Shown: positions 62,091-64,000 of the stretch, piece by piece
Numbering within the stretch: position 1 is the first letter of the stretch
Layout: each line of letters begins with the position of its first letter
From: Macrostomum lignano
Taxonomy: Eukaryota
NCBI GenBank assembly: GCA_002269645.1
Contig: NIVC01000197.1
Location: 62,001-126,000, forward strand
DNA: 64,000 nt
Reading direction: 5' to 3'
Program-made: the position numbers and the translations under genes
The notes under the pieces: generated by a model
Told to the model about the DNA's origin: nothing
The model's database searches: none
What the model saw: only the letters and a program-made list of their open reading frames with translations

Positions 62091-63907
62091 GTTGGCTGTC
62101 TTTGTGGCTAACCCAGCAATTGCTAAGCTGGAGCCAACTTGGCAGCATCATCATAGCAGCAGCTGCCCACTAATAGGCATTGGCAATCCCCTATTGGACT
62201 TGACTGTTCACGTCCAGCCTGATGTTTTGCAACAATACAAACTTGAAGAGAATAGCCAGTGTTTGGCTGGACAGCATCATGACAGTCTGTTCGATGCTAT
62301 CATCAGTGGCCAGTTGGGCTCTTGTGTTCGGCTGCCTGGTGGAGCCACTATGAATTCTATTCGGGTGGCCCAGTGGCTGCTAAGTGAGTGATACAGTGCT
62401 TATACATGAAAATTTAAAATTGCACCTCAAAAATAGACTCGAGGACTCGAGGTACGAAACTACACCTTGATTTTTTGATACAATGTACATCAGATTGTCT
62501 GTGTAGAAGTATCAACTTCCGCTGCCTTTAAAAAGTTTGATATAACTTAGCTAGATTGGTGAGTGGGCTTGTCTCAGGTTTGGTTTCAACCTTCAGGTAA
62601 TGGCGACAGCAGATCCTCAGCCACTGGATTCCTTGGCGCAGTTGGCACTGACGAAGCCGGCCAGTTGCTGTTCGATCTAGCTGGGCGAGCCGGCCTCCAG
62701 GCCCGATTAGAGCGAGTGTCCAGCAAGCCAACTGGCATCTGCGCCGCGCTCATCACTGGCCAGAATCGGACCCTGGTGACTCGGCTGGGCGCTGCGCTGC
62801 ATTTCAGCGACGCCCATCTGGCTAGCGAGCCGTGCCAGTCGCTGGTTAATCAAGCTCGGATGCTTTACATTGGCGGATTCTTTTTCTCGTCTAATCCTGG
62901 CGCTATTGCTCGATTAGTGAAACTGGAGGGGCCGTTGATTGCTATGAATTTGCACGCCACTTTTCTGTGCGAAAATTTTGCCAATCCTGAGGTGAGTATG
63001 GTATAGTTGCAGATTAGTATATACTCGTATATACTTGCTTAAATACGAGTACCATGGGTATTTCCTGTTGTTATTGCCAGCAAGCTAATAGTAGAATAAA
63101 ACCCTAAGCCAGGGAATTTCTAGAGAGGTCTTGAGATTTATTATCTAGGCTGGGATCTAGAGATTGAGGATCTGGGCATGACTGACATCTAGAGATTGAG
63201 GATCTGGGCATGGCTGACATCTAGAGATTGAGGATCTGGGTATGGCTGACATCTAGAGATTTAGGATCTGGGCATGGCTGACATCTAGAGATTGAGGATC
63301 TGGGCATGGCTGACATCTAGAGATTGAGGATCTGGGATTGGCTGAGATCTAGAGATTGAGCATCTGGACTTGGCTGACATCTAGAGATATTGAATCGAAC
63401 CATCGGCAGCTGCTCTCTCGTATCGACCTGCTGTTCGGCAACGAGCGCGAAGCCCTGACTCTGGCGCGTCATCTTGCCGACTGCGGCGACGCAGAATTAG
63501 CCAAACTACCGCTGGACTGCGGCCAGAAGAACTCAATGATAAGTGACGATCTGCTTCTTCAACTGGCCGGCATCATTGTTGGCCGTCTGCGTCAAAGCCG
63601 TCGGCCGCGGGTGGTGTTCACCCACGGCGCCAAGCCGCTGGCCTTTGCCGCTGGCGGCAGCGGCGGCCCCGTCGGCCACCCGGTGCCGACAGTTGAACCA
63701 GCTCGAGTCCGCGACACCAACGGCTGCGGCGACGCTTTCGTTGGCGGCTTTCTAGCCGGCGCTGTCCAACAACTGTCCGATCCTGCCTGCGTCCGGCTCG
63801 GCCAGTACGCGGCCGAAGTTGTGATTGAGCAGGACGGCTGCAGCCTGCCAGATTGGGAGCCGCGACCGCCGCCGTCGTCTCAGCTGGACTTGCCGTTGGG
63901 TAGCTGA
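62091..63907 (+). CDS. ADK: Adenosine kinase (PfkB family), join(62091..62383,62597..62991,63410..63907); 5' exon uncertain
   Basis: GIGNPLLD, PGGATMNSIRVAQW, GAVGTDEAG, PTGICAALIT..NRTLVTRLGAA, DLLFGNEREA, DTNGCGDAFVGGFLA. Junction phases are consistent. Confidence 0.92.
63140..63390. repeat. 32-bp minisatellite (TCTAGAGATTGAGGATCTGGGCATGGCTGACA) in the last ADK intron
   Basis: Direct tandem repeat ending about 20 nt before the acceptor. Confidence 0.9.
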
Positions 63908-64000
63908 GTTACGAGCGTACGAGGCACGAGCGGAGTAACTTTAATAGCTCGTATATGTGCTGCAGAAACCCCAGCTTTTGAATTGCATGCCGACCTCGTC

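Overview
Eukaryotic (animal) genomic DNA, most likely a free-living flatworm such as Macrostomum. That assignment is inferred from flatworm-type innexin N-termini, GC-rich exons and a very high simple-repeat load. Eight protein-coding genes can be reconstructed with phase-consistent GT-AG junctions: MRPL23 (5'-incomplete), MFSD5 (5 exons), a class A FMRFamide/peptide-receptor-like GPCR, two tandem innexins (one with a 1-bp frameshift), AP2S1, a TFAM-like HMG-box gene and adenosine kinase. Introns and intergenic DNA are packed with about 30 distinct micro/minisatellites, several MITEs (Merlin with 8-bp TSD and transposase remnant, hAT, foldback) and tRNA-derived SINEs, including CORE-SINE-like copies. 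There is no CRISPR array or prokaryotic feature. Most notable: (1) a tandem duplication across an MFSD5 intron/exon boundary that creates a 31-nt micro-exon and a potential new intron; (2) intronic minisatellites whose units carry AG|GT; (3) kb-scale CpG-void domains around housekeeping genes; (4) splice acceptors just upstream of start codons, suggesting SL trans-splicing and operons.
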